Assembly (NCBI GenBank): GCA_013265495.1
Contig: MU061579.1
Coordinates: 2,105,319-2,169,318, forward strand
Source: Vicugna vicugna
Taxonomy: Eukaryota
Direction: 5' to 3'
Length of the DNA stretch: 64,000 nt
The notes below the pieces were generated by a model. It was not told the origin of the DNA and did not search any database. It saw nothing but the letters and a program-made list of their open reading frames with translations. Of this stretch, positions 39,401-51,899 are shown one piece after another (the stretch's first letter is position 1; every line of letters starts with the position of its first letter). The position numbers were made by a program, and so were the translations under genes.

Positions 39401-39864
39401 GCCACAGAGCTTTCATGTCAAATGCTATTATAGATGGGGGTGCAAAGTAGATTCTGGAAGTATTTAGGGGTGCAGAGATAAATTTTGTGGTTCCGTAGAT
39501 CACACATTTATTAGCCTGAGTGAGGCAGATCCAGCATGCATGACTTGGACATGAAAGGTATTCAGAAATTCTAGTACACTGAAATATTAGCTCAAGATGG
39601 AATCTTTGATAAAAGGTCTGCTCTAAATACCATATATGAGGGAGAAGAGAAATTTGTCTCTAAACTACCTGCATTGCATGTTTAAAATATATTAATATAA
39701 ATATGTACTATTTGCATCAATTCTTTTTGAAAATGAAGACTTTGCCTCTGGAATCTTGGTGGACTGAGAAAAATGGCAGCTTCATTCTTTGAGTAAGAAG
39801 AGCTCACAGTCTAATGGGAAGTCCAGCCATGCAGGCTAATTATTACAGTGCCATGTGTTAACTG

Positions 39865-40115
39865 TGACAGAATAGCACAGTAGTTAAGATTTCTGTGTCT
39901 AGAATCCAGGCTGTTTGGGTTTGAAACGTGGTTCAAACACATAAATTGAATGACCTTTGAACAAATAACATCTCTCTGCCTCCGTTTCTTCACATGTCAT
40001 ATAAAGTTAATAACAGTATTTGCCTCATAAATTAGCTGTGATTATTAAGTGAGATTTAGCCAGGCAAAGTAAGTATGACATAACAAGAACTCAATAAACA
40101 CTGGTAATTATTCAT
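39865..40115 (+). mobile_element. MIR SINE, near full length
   Basis: 'atagcacagtagttaaga..tctagaatccaggctgtttgggtttgaa', 'tgacctttgaacaaataac..ctctctgcctccgtttc', 'ctcaataaa'. Confidence 0.8.
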
Positions 40116-42770
40116 TTTCTTCTTGTTGTTTTTCTAGTTGACATGAATAGAGTGTAGTGGCTGCTGATTGAGATGGTCATGGGCCAAAATAAACTCAACC
40201 TCACTGGCAAAAGTGAAATCAAAGGCACTTCACAGAGAAGTATAATGCCAAGCCCTCAATAGTCTCCATATGCCAGGGTGTGAAACTCAGAAAAATTGTG
40301 CAGGTACCAGTTCTCCAGGGAAATCCATCAGTTTCTGATCTGCTACAATTCAAATCTGGGAGCTCGGGGAGCTGTAATTTTTTCAGGCATAGACAAGTGA
40401 AAGGAAACTGTGAGAGCTGAAATCAAACCTTTGTCACAGTTCAATGATGAAAGTTTCCAAAAGGTCAGAGAGCAATTTTTGAAGATCACTTTATCCACAG
40501 TCATAAAGGAACACGATTTTCTCCCATTATTAGTAGCTTAAAAATTGTGAAATATAAGAATAAGAAATTATTTGTAGGGTTATTAAAAAACTAAGGATCA
40601 TGCTGATTGTGACAACCAATCCACAAATAAGTAGTTATTATCCTTTGTAAATATCCAATACATGTCTATTATATATGGTGAGGGATTTATTTTCAAAAAG
40701 TCCTTCATTGAGCAAAAAAGTGGTGTTGCATTGATTAGATGATAAGATTTGAATGTATGAAATATAAATAAAATAAATATTGGCTGAATTGAACTGGATC
40801 ATATTTAATATCTGGAAAGTCAGAGGATTTCATTTTTAACACAGTAATTGGTTAAGTAAGCATATAGGAGAGGAGAAAACAAACAACCATTGAAAATGCT
40901 CAATTTTGCCTATTTGAAACTACTTTTGGATGAAATATATTGCATAATAATTGTGACGGTGGAACGTGTAGACCTCAGAAATGGCGCTGTGTTCTTGGAA
41001 ACGCATAGCATTGCTGGTGAAAATGTGAGAAAGTTATATTTTAAGTTCACATCACAATTTAGTGGCTGAGCATCTGAAAAGACACAAAGCCAAGTACAGA
41101 TTTTTAGTATACCTTGCGTTTCGATAATTTTTACTGTTTTTGTGAAAAATCTGCCTACTTTCTGTTTTTTATGAATGTTAATACCCCAATAATAACCTAT
41201 CTTATGCTGCTTTTTGTGAATTTCTAATGAGGAGTTAAAATTAATTTAATTAAAAATGAATATCTTTCTAGACTCTGTCCTTAGATGTTAGAGGGAAAAG
41301 GCACATTTCCTATGGTAAATGATTGGAGTTCTGAGATCGGGTACAGCTCTGCCTGGTTTTTAATTGCTACTGCCCAATTGTGTCAGCGAAAATTCTGTCT
41401 CAGTAGCAGCTGAAGGGGACCCAGGTCTCTAACCTTTCTCCCTGTGTCAAGCTGTTAAAAGGTGGGTCAGCACGGACTTTTTCTCCCCTATGTGTCAGGC
41501 TCATGTAAGCAGCAGACATTTGGTATTTACATACCAGGCAATCAGAAACTGGCTGCCTCCTAATAAGACGTTTCAAGTAGGGATAGTGTAGTCTACACTT
41601 CCTGCTGGTTGACGTTTTAAAATCCTTGCATGTTTATTGACTACGAACCTGCCGTTGTTTGGAAGCCCAAATTGAAACGTGGTTGACAGAGTCATGTCAT
41701 TGAACAAAATGCATGTTAAAGAAAAGACTGATATTAAGGAAATCTATCACATGAGCTTTTTAAATAAAAATCCTATGATGACTTGTCACATAGATGCCTC
41801 ACTATTTAGATGGAGATGTTTGAGAAAATGTTTTTGAGGATGACTTGCTATTAGTACTACATTAAAAGAGGTTACATTCAAGTGAATACCAAGGATCTGT
41901 AAACACAGGATCTTGTCATCTTCAATTTTTTAATCTTTCAATAAACCATCTTTTATACCGGGAAGAAATGCAGTCCATATCTTGCACCAGGGTTGCTCAG
42001 CCATCCTGTGCTCCTGGCATCTGAGATTAGCATTTGGATTAAAGAGCTTGATTAGAGGATTCTAAATTAGTGGTTACCAAGTGGCAATGACACAAAAGTT
42101 AAAACAAAGTAATACAGCAGTCTATTTCAAGCAGTATATTTCTTATAGCTGTTAATTAGCAGTTTAATTAGCATGATGTTTCGTGTTGTGACCTAAGCCA
42201 TTGTACTCCCAATGGGTCTATCAGAGACAATGAAAAAGAAAAAAACTGAAAAATGAAAGCAAGCATCAGAATTGTTGATGGTTATATCTAATGCCACCAG
42301 AATTAAAAATAATTCTTTATTTTAAAAGAAGAGAACATGCATATGCTTTCTTTTTTTCTGAATTCAGAACAGATTTTTTAAAGGCATTTTTACAGTTTGA
42401 AATACTTTCGTGAATTAAAAGCATATCAAATCACTCTATGTGCAATAGTGTCAAATGAAGTACATTTTCAATTCCAAGTGACCACAAGTAAATGCTTAAA
42501 GGATATACTTAGATAAAAAAGAAGTTCCTCTCGTGATTTTGAGAGAAAACATAAAAGATATGTATTAGGGTGATCATATTTTTGAATGTATAATGTGATT
42601 CTTGGGATTCTATTAAGGGCCATTGAAATCACATACAAAGGACTGCATTTTGGGAAGGCACAAAGGGACTCTGCCTTTGGACAGGCCTGAGGGGGAAACA
42701 TATGCATCTTTGAAATAATCTATCAAGTACCTGACATGAGGGGGTCTCTCACCCCTCCTTTCCTCCCCAG

Positions 42771-42960
42771 TGAGAACATATTCAGATTGTGTGTGTTTGT
42801 CTTTATTACGTAAAATGGAAGTTTCTGCCGAGCCAGACAGTCATCCACCAGCTGATTGGTTCTGCCTTTTTACAACAGTGTGAAGAGTGGCCACAGTGGT
42901 TGTGAACAGTGAGTTATAAAATATAGCGAACCTTCTGAAGGTACTTTTCTCTTCATTTTA
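42771..42960 (+). promoter_or_regulatory. Candidate CCAAT/TATA (MEF2-like) element or non-coding exon
   Basis: CAGCTG and GATTGGTT at ~42849-42860, and TTATAAAATATAG at 42914-42926. Also bounded by an acceptor-like 'cccctcctttcctccccag|' at 42770 and donor-like sites at 42909 (gtgagt) and 42941 (gtactt). Confidence 0.3.
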
Positions 42961-43819
42961 CACTGCTGACAATTCAGAACTTGCACAGAAGTAAAAGATT
43001 TTAAAGATCTGACTAATATCCTAGATTTTGTCAAGCTTTCTCTTTCCCAATCACTGAAATCTGCTGGCTACCTCCTCATGGCTGTGTAATTAGGCTATTG
43101 GTTTCCTTTGAGATTGCATACTACAGCAGGTCCAGAGGGCTTTTTTTTTTTTTTTCCCCTTTCAAAAATTATTCTGTAACCTCTTTTGGCAGTTAATGTA
43201 CGGATGCCATTTGGAGCGTAACTTTGGTTGTTCTGTTGCTCACAGATATTTTATTGTACACAACACTGAGTATTTATGGAAATCTAGACACTGTTATGCA
43301 AAACCTTATAAAAAGAAAAAAAACAGTTAAATTGTTTTTTACCTCCCTGACTTTTTTCCTTTGTCTAACACGTCAATTCACATTGTTCCCTTTTCATTTA
43401 GCAGAATTTTTTTGTCAAATAGAAGAGAAAGTATATGAACATATATGGATAGCATATGATCAATTGCAAGTTCTATTTTCTAAAATAAGGACAAATTTGA
43501 ATTTGTGATAAAAACCAATTCCGTAAACATCTGCGCTAGGTCGGACACAAAAATGTGTGATACTTCGGCTTCTTTCTTTTTAGTTGGTGGCATTGTATTT
43601 TCAGCTATCAGAAAGTTGCAACTTAATTTTTGGTCTGATAGTTAGCTGATGATGATCTGCTCTGAGAGTGATCTTTCAGTGTACACATGTTTGTTGAGCA
43701 TTTGAATTGCTATATTTTGTCCTCCCTTGGGAGTTCCTGTAAAAATATGTGATTTAAAGGTATATATAATTCATGAATTGACAGATGATGTATTTAGAGC
43801 ATCCACTGTGGATCAGTCT

Positions 43820-44240
43820 TTGACACTCTGGGCGAGTTCCTTAATCTCTCATGTATTTAAATGAAGATGTTAGTAGTCTCATGGTAATATTAGGAAATGT
43901 GCACGAATCTGTATGCTGTGTAAGTTATATGTCATATAATGAGTTAATGTAAGTTAATACATAGCACTTACAGCACTGCCTGGCATAAAGTGAGAAAGTA
44001 CAAATAACAGCTATTATTACAGAAAGGCTCAGAAACGTGACACCACCACCACATAGCTATTCACTAGTTGAGCTAAGATTCCAGAAGCAGTCCGAACGCA
44101 ATTCAGAACAGTGTCTGACATTTAGTAGATGTCTCTAAATGCTATCTGCTATTAAAAACAGGCAAATCCATTTTACACCAGTCTTACCCCTGGCCACGAG
44201 TTAGGCTGAGATTCGAACTTCAGGTGTGCCTGGTTTTTAA
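43820..44240. mobile_element. Cluster of MIR fragments in both orientations
   Basis: + strand 'ctgggcgagttccttaatctctc..agcacttacagcactgcctggcata'. - strand 'aggctcaga..cacatagcta..gagctaagattc'. A further + strand tail 'agaacagtgtctgacatttagtag'. Confidence 0.6.
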
Positions 44241-45559
44241 CCCTGATTTCCTTAAAACCTTTCAGGAATTTAAACTTGATTTTAGAACTATTTTTTGGTA
44301 TAGACTTTATAAATAAGTTTGCTGTTCAGTATATCTTGGAAAGGTAATTTTGAAATTATTTAGAAAATACAGACATGCTTATAAAATGCGGTAATGTTTA
44401 TAAATGGGAACATAATAAAAAATAATCAATCAACGCATACCTTGAGCTGTTTCCATGAATTATCTCTTAGAGTTTAGAGACTACTGTTTAAAATAAACCC
44501 CAGTGAAATATCTAACAAGTTTATTTATTTCTAGTATTCTTCAGCAGGGTGATTAGGTAAGCTCAAGTTCTCACCCTCACTTTCAGTTTCTTGACTATTT
44601 GGAATTATGTTAATCAAATGAAATTAAGTGATTAATTACGTTAATCACTGCCGTGATTGTGGGAAGCACCTTTTGTACCGTGACATTTTCTTTTCGGCTA
44701 TTGCTGCATCATTTGTGTTGCCATTCAGTTTTGTTTAACTGTGAGGAACGTTTTATTTCAGCTTTCTCAAAATAATGTGCTGTAATTTTTCCTGTTAACT
44801 TATTTTAAAATATATGTTACAGTTGAATCTTTAGATTGACTACTTTCCACATAGATGTTTGTAAAGCCTAGCATGGTCCTTCTGTAGTCCCTGTTACTTC
44901 CTGTTTAGTTGAATTTGAAATTGATAAGCCCTGATGACTGTTATTAGAAGTTACTCCAATTACTGTGCCATCTAGCAATATTGAATCATAAACATATGTG
45001 TTAAAAAAAGCTTTCTCTCTCTCTCTGTGCTACTGTCAACTAATCAAGACTGTGAGATAAAATAGATCATGGCTAGGCAGGGGAGCATGGTCGAACTGCT
45101 ATTAAAGTTTGTGAACAAACTTGTTTGGTAGATTCAAATATTACACTGAAGGTTAAAGTGTTCCCTACATTGCTGCCCGCAAATCTTACAAGAACAGAAA
45201 ACTTTTTCTTCTTAAGCCATTCTCAGGAACATTTAGTGCCTGTTCATTTCTAATTAATACATTTCCATTTTCTCAATTTAGAATCATATTCCTCTGACTC
45301 TAATCTCCCTCTCCCATTTTTACTTTTCATTCTGCCTTTTCATGAGCTCTCTGCTCCAGTGAAGCCTGGTAACTTTCAAGTGACTTTACCTACTTCACAC
45401 TTTCCTACCTGTTTATCGTAACCTAAACTGTCATCTCCTCCAGCAATTTTGTCTTCTAATTTTATGTGTGTGAATCCTACTTTCTTTGATTCTTCTTTCA
45501 TCAGACTTTTTCTGGTTACCAAGTTGGGAATGCTAATTTTAAGTTATTTTATCTGTGTG

Positions 45560-45770
45560 ATTTTATATTACCTGGAGCTTTCCATCTTTAGTGATGGACT
45601 TTTTTGTGGTTTTGTAAGTGTGTATATGTACCATTTATTTATTACACCATAATCTCTTCACTGGGAAGGTCGAAATCTGATTCATATTTTCCATCTCCCT
45701 CCAGTTCTTAGCAAAGTGCCTTGCTGATTGTATCTTAGTAGATACTGACTCAGTAGTGATTGAATTCATT
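45560..45770 (+). mobile_element. L2 3' end
   Basis: 'tctgattcatattt..atctccc..cagttcttagcaaagtgcctt..tagtagatact'. Confidence 0.55.
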
Positions 45771-48118
45771 TGATGCTACAAATGGGAATTTTATGCCGTT
45801 TAGAATGGGATTCAATGTAATGTATTAATAGGTACGCAATAAATATTTATTGCATTTCTACAATAGATTAGGTGCTAAGGCTATCACATTCCTACAAAAT
45901 ATGAAGTGCTGGGTAACAGTTGAGGCGATAGGCACCTATTTATAGATATAAATATCACAGATCATGTGAGCTCTGTTACAGCTTGTGTTCTTCTGTGTTA
46001 CTCGGGACGCACCCGATGGCAGGAATTCTATTATTACCAAGCATGTCGCCCAGATGTGATAACTACCTCGTGCCTAGAGTGGCAGGAGGGTATAAAAAGA
46101 GACTGGGAAATAGATCAAAATGCAAAAGGCATTAGATTTTCACATTAAGTCAATTCAACTTGATCCTGGGAGAAGTGGGAGTCAGACAGCAGAGGTCTTT
46201 TAATAGCAGAGCAGAGGGGAGTGGAGGCCTTGATTTGTTGGGGGAATAACTTTAAAAGCAGTGCAAAAGTAGCACTAGGGAGGGAAGACACAGATAACCC
46301 TAAAGGGATCTGGGTTGTGGTTTAACGGAGACGTATTTTTCTTGGACGTGGAATTCTGTGCCATTAGTGGCCACACTTCATGTGGAATAAGAAGCAGTAG
46401 AGACAATCGCTCTCATTCACCATTTCTTGGCACCAATGCACTGCTCAGCTCTAGAGACTTATTTCCTTATTAGAGGAATTAGTACAATTAATAACAAAAG
46501 AAATGCATATTAATGCATCGTTACTAAAATCCATAGATCAAACACTATTCTTTGAATGTGGAGTTCAGTTCAAATTAAATGTTTATATGTGATGATATGG
46601 GAAATCTGTATGGTGTTTGGAAATGGAAGGAAAGCATCACTTAAATATAAATTCCTTTGCTCTAATACTGACTGTCAAAAAAGACTTTCCTTGATGTTAA
46701 GCTATGAGCTCAAGTAAATCATGCCCAGGAGGCTGAAGGCTAAAGAATCATCACTCATGAAACTCATGCCATTCCATTTCTACCCCATCATTGCTTGAAC
46801 TAACTGCTCAAGCTATAAGCTGATTTTTATTTCAGACTTTACCCCAAAATATTTTTATTTGATTTTTAACCTTGCATCATATCATTAAAGTATTTTCAAT
46901 TTGCTTTTTATGTTTCATGGTTTAAAAAAAAAGAATTTATGCTGCAGATAATGCGGATATGATTTTCACGGTCCTACTGTTAATAATGCTCATTGTTTTC
47001 TTTTGAAAAAAATAAAACAATTCATAGGAGTTCATTTGTAGTAAGACTATTCTGGCAGTTCTGTAACAGTGAAATTTTTAAGGATTAACAATAGTGAAAG
47101 CACAGTCTGCAAAGTTCTTCTTTTTTTTTTCTCCATCTTTTTTCACCTTTATTTCAAATTAAAAGATACATATTTCCTTAGTCTGAATGTTTTTCTGCCT
47201 GAATGTTTTCTGTGTGATCTTTGCTTTGCAACCGAGGAAGTTCAACTTCAACCTGCTAGAGCTGAAAGGGCCCACAGCACGCCACAGGCTATCTATTGTT
47301 TCAAGAATGTAGAACCGCTCTCCTATAAATAATAATGTGTAATACTCATAATGTTAAATTTTACAACAGTGATGTCCTGTGGCATTGTTCTGTGTTGCTG
47401 AAGTACTTGTCAATACTCCACAGAATGCAGTTTGCTCATATCATATCAATGCAAAATATTTAACCCACAGTTCTATAGATAAACACCCACATTCACTATG
47501 TGCAATTTTCAAAATACCTGTTTTAGGCTTTGTCATAAAATGTATGCAAAATCCTATATAAACCATATTCAGTATGCTTTTAAATACAATTTTTCAACAA
47601 ATGATTATATTTTTATTTGAAGTTTTCATTGTTTTTCATCAGTTTTAGAAGAAATACCATCACGCCTTTACTGTTGCTGTTACATGGGGTGACAATTCAT
47701 CATGTCTTTTCTAATTGAAAGAGTTAAATGTTTTCTTTTAAAAATTCACTTGGAAATCAAGATTGTCTTACTAATGTTATTATAAAAAGGTATAATTTCT
47801 GATATATCATATCCCTTGTCAGAATATCTTACCATTGGATATAATTTAGAATTTTCTCAATGCTTGTTTTGCCAATTCTGAATATAACTTTTCTTGATAT
47901 CATAAGTAAAGCGTATCAGGAATATTAATGTCAGTGTTGAGTCATGTACTGAGTGCTGAAGCATTACCCAATGGACTATAAAAGTATAAAAGGGCTGAAT
48001 TATTTTGGACGCACATATAAATATTTAGATATATAATAAATATTTGGAAATATATTTTTCCACATGTATGTTTCACATGTCCATATTTATGTCCATGCAT
48101 ATTATTCATATATATTCA

Positions 48119-48137
48119 TGTGTGTGTGTGTGTGTGT
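48119..48137. repeat. (TG)9 microsatellite
   Basis: Direct observation. Confidence 0.9.
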
Positions 48138-49349
48138 ATATGTTTCAGAATGTATTTTTCTATTCCTACAATCACCAGAGAGAAACGATTACTCAGCAAC
48201 TACTGAATACCTGCTTTAGCCCAGGCACTGTGCTTGAGGCTGGGAATATAAATATGGGAAAGATACTATCTGTGTTTTCAAGGAACTCATTACCAAGAGT
48301 GTCAAATGTGTTACAAGTGCTATAGGACAACAGAGATAAAGAAGGAAAGTGAAGACATTTGGGAAAGATTTAATAATACAAGAAACTGTTGCACTGAGCC
48401 TTATAATAAATTAAGTTTACTCTCTCTAAGGAGGAAAGAAAGATGCATTTAAACTGGGAAAGAAATCATGAACGAGATAATGAAAGCATCAAAGTTCATC
48501 ACTTATTTGCTAAAAGGCCCATAATCCAGTGTGGTTACAGTATAGTGAACATGGGTTATATGACTAGATGTGAACCTGAAAGATGAAGTCGATGCAACTT
48601 GAAATGAGCCTTGGATTTTATGCCTAGGAGTTTGAGTTTATCCTGTAAGCATTTGGAAGTCACCATTTCAAGCAAGGGTATAATGCGTACCTGTTAGGAC
48701 AATGGCTCTGCTGGAAGAGTGGAGGACAGGCCATAGTAAAAGTACTGGAGAGAGGGGTATTTGTCAGGAAACTCCTATCGTCCAATACAGTCTGATCATG
48801 TGATTCTGATGCCATGACTTTGGAGATAGATCAAGAGGCATTTGGACAAAAGGATATAAAATATTTGGTAGATGGTTGAGACTGGGGAAAAGAGGAGAGA
48901 AAAACAGGATTGGAAAAGAATTTTGTTTCAGATTTTAGTTTGAACATTTTAATAAGAAAGTGGACTTTGAAATGTAGGAGATTAAGACAGGGAAAAGAAA
49001 GAATTAAACAGTTCATCTACACTTAGGGGTCGGTGCCTCCCTGGAAGTATGTGCAATCCGTAGGGGATTTACAGAGAGCATAAAAACAGAAGTTCGCAAA
49101 GAACCAGTCTTGACGAACCTGGGAAAGATACCATAAAGGCAGCACCAAAGAAGTAAAAACGTAGAATTCGAAGCAAATTTTGTGATGAAAAGCTGGATAA
49201 AAGATGGAAAGTGTATCTACTAATAAACATAATGATAATAACAATATCAGAAGCAATAACAATAGCAAAAATTGGCTTAACCCGTACTAGGCACTAGTCT
49301 TTGCACTAAAAATATGACACAGATGAGCTCATTTAATTTTCATAATAAA

Positions 49350-49770
49350 ATTTGTTTTCAAGCAATAGAAATCAAGTTTATCACTTAGTATTGTAAACTG
49401 AAGATGGTTTGGGGGGACCATGACATGAGGCTCACAAAGTACTCGTGGAGGATGCACGTGCTCAGGAAACAGAAAGGTATAGTCCGACTCCAGAGGGTAG
49501 AAGTAAATTCAGAGGTTAGTAGGGATCGGTGAGCTGTCTCCTCAAAACCTACTGCTGGGATGACTTAAATCCAATTATGTTAAATTATATCATCACTATG
49601 CTCACTACTCAGACTCCAGGGAGGCAAGGCTGAAATATCCTCTTGGGGTAACTTGTCAGCCTTTTGGTTAAAGAAGGGCAGTGCACTTTAGATAATAGTC
49701 TCACCAAACTAAATTCAGTGACTGAAAGTAATTTGCTCAAAGGAAGTTGAGGTGTTCTTAAAACTGACCC
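49350..49770 (-). mobile_element. Old MaLR LTR (MLT1I/J-like) nested in the MIR
   Basis: 'tttgttttcaagcaatagaaa', 'gctcacaaa', 'aatagtctcaccaaact', 'ctcaaaggaagttgaggtg'. Confidence 0.5.
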
Positions 49771-49808
49771 ATGCATCCTCAATTTAGATATGAGGGAGCT
49801 CAGTCTTA

Positions 49809-50130
49809 CTCATTTATTTATTTTTTAGTTGAAGTATAGTCAGTTTACAATGGTGCATTAATTGCTGGCGTGCAGCATAATGTTTCAGTCATACGTATAC
49901 ATACATATATTCCTTTTCATATACTTTTTCATTATAGGTTACTACAAGATATTGATATTATCCAGTTTTGTGAGGATTCTCCTTGTATTTCCTCTGTAAG
50001 AGATATTCTGCCAAAGTTCAGGAGATACTCTGTGTGAATTGTTATGTATGTAGATGTAGTCTGTGAGGTATTTGTGGGAGAAGGTGAGCCACATATTCTT
50101 CTCCTCTGCCACCCTAGCCCAGCCCCAAGC
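49809..50130 (-). mobile_element. Bipartite L1: 5' terminus (~170 nt) joined to 3' terminus (~150 nt), with TSD
   Basis: The reverse complement reads 'gggtggcagaggag..gctcaccttctcccacaaatac..tacatctaca..cacagagtatctcctgaac' (L1 5'UTR start), then 'caatatcttgtagtaacctataatgaaaaag..gactgaaacattatgctg..actatacttcaactaaaaaataaataaa' (L1 3' end). TSD is GAGCTCAGTCTTA (49796-49808) / GAGCTAAATCTTA (50131-50143). Confidence 0.75.
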
Positions 50131-51899
50131 GAGCTAAATCTTAAGGAAGTTAAATAGCTTTGCCAAATTTAAGCAGTAAGTGAATGAAATCATATTAAAG
50201 CCAAACTCCCAGCATTCAGATCAAGAAAATTGAAGAGTGAGGAAAGACTCCTTTATGTAGCATTTCTAATAGTTTCATCAACATGGTGGCCGGGTAAGAT
50301 AACATCAAGTTTTATGGAACCAGTTTTAAATAAAAGCAGAGCCATTGAATGCAAGGTACTTTGCCAAGAATTTTTGCAGGAGGAAAAAAAAAAAAGGAAA
50401 CAGCAATTTGGTGGTGGAAGAGAGGAATAAAGATTTTTTTTATAAAATAGGGAAATTCAGGTAGGTTAGTAGGTTGAAAGAAAGCTAGAGGTTGAACAGA
50501 AAAGAGAAAGCACATTGGTGAAACAGGGTCATGGCAGAGGCAGGAAGGAGTGGAATCAAAAGGTCAGATGAACAAGAGAGTAAGGGTTCTTCTTCTGAGA
50601 TGCAAAGTGAAGCCTGGGTAAGTAAATACAGATAAATTAAGAAATGGACAGGAGGGAAGCCGAGGGGATTCACACATGATGGCCTCAGTGTTCTCAGCAG
50701 TAGGAGGTGAAATCATGTTGAGGTTGAGGGGGGTGAGGGTGAGTGGGGGATCTGAGGAGGGTGTGGTGGGAACAGCTGCTGTGTGCAATGGGAAGACCAG
50801 CCAAGTAGGAATGAGTAATAGGACTGCTAAGCAGCTCTGAGTGTTCAGCTGACATCGGAAATCATAAATTTGTAGCAGAGTCAATCAGCGTGGTTATTCA
50901 ATTTTCTCAGGAACTCTTGGCAGCCCGGGAGGAGGAGGAGAGCAAACAGATGGTAGGATTGATTTGGTGATGGGATTGGCAAGACAGCTGTGAGAGAAGG
51001 TCAAAGAGTGGAAGAATCAGTTGCACCCAGGAAAGTATCTTATCAGGGGGATCAAAACTAGGAAGAGGTAAGAGTCAAGCCAGGAACGACTGGAGACTGC
51101 CAAAAATAATGGAAGGACAAAGCAGGGAAGAGCATCAGCCTTTGAAGCCTAAGAAGAATTTTTGTCGGCATGAGTGAGTGGGATAGGGGATTAGAAGGAG
51201 AATTTCACAATTCTGGATATTACAGTAGAATACTTTGTTTAGAAATAATCCATTTTGTATCTAGTGTGGATTGCCCAAGCTTAGTGGAAGTGATGGTCAC
51301 TGGAATATAGGAGCAAAAGGATTTTGAAACTGAATAGATATATGAGTCATCCAAGTCATCCAGGATAGTGAGAAGTGATAGAAGAAACCAAACACCAAAC
51401 AAGCAGCAGCCAAATTATTCAAGTGAATTGATGAACTACTTGTAGATGACAAGATATAAAAGACAGGTAGAGTTTGCTTGGTGGTTTGGGCTTTGTAGAC
51501 ATAGAGCTTATTGAACTAAGATAATAGAAGAATGTCTCAGAATTGGTAGAGGAAGTCCAAGAGAATGTGCCTCTTCCTCTTTGCCTGGAGATAAGAAGAT
51601 GATTATTATTTTTAACAGTGTTATAGCTTGAAGTGAAATCTATATGAATAAACCTTAAAACTCTTTGCAAACAATTCACAGGCATGGAACCTTAATTTCT
51701 TTTTAGCCTACAATATGTCCTAGGAGATAAATTTCTTCTTCTCTACTAGGTCATGCTAATTTGCACGTGAATATATGGTAGTACAACCTACCTTAAACAG
51801 AAAGAACCTAACTAACTACAAAAAGTAGATCTCTGACTTAGCTACCACCTCCAGGTATAGCCTCAAGTGCCTGATCTGCTTCACCAAAGCATATCAAAG

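Larger units (their letters stand above)
49225..50220 (-). mobile_element. MIR SINE split into three pieces (~49225-49350, ~49772-49808, ~50144-50220)
   Basis: Tail 'ctaggcact..ctcatttaattttcataataa', core 'atcctcaatttagatatgagggagct', head side 'gaagttaaatagctttgccaaa..cagtaagtg'. Confidence 0.6.
48188..51600 (-). mobile_element. Long L2 LINE fossil (3' end plus ORF2 region), interrupted at ~49225-50220
   Basis: The 3' end is 'actgaatacctgctt..ccaggcactgtgcttgaggctgggaatata', followed by purine-rich antisense L2 body motifs. The - strand ORF 50564-50884 has 'AENTEAIMCESPRLP', resembling the L2 ORF2 motif 'TEKIEAIRRELP' as I recall it. Confidence 0.7.

Noticed and set aside
50564..50884. 106-aa ORF with retroelement-like residues
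   Set aside because: Decayed L2 ORF2 remnant within a fragmented fossil, not an intact gene.
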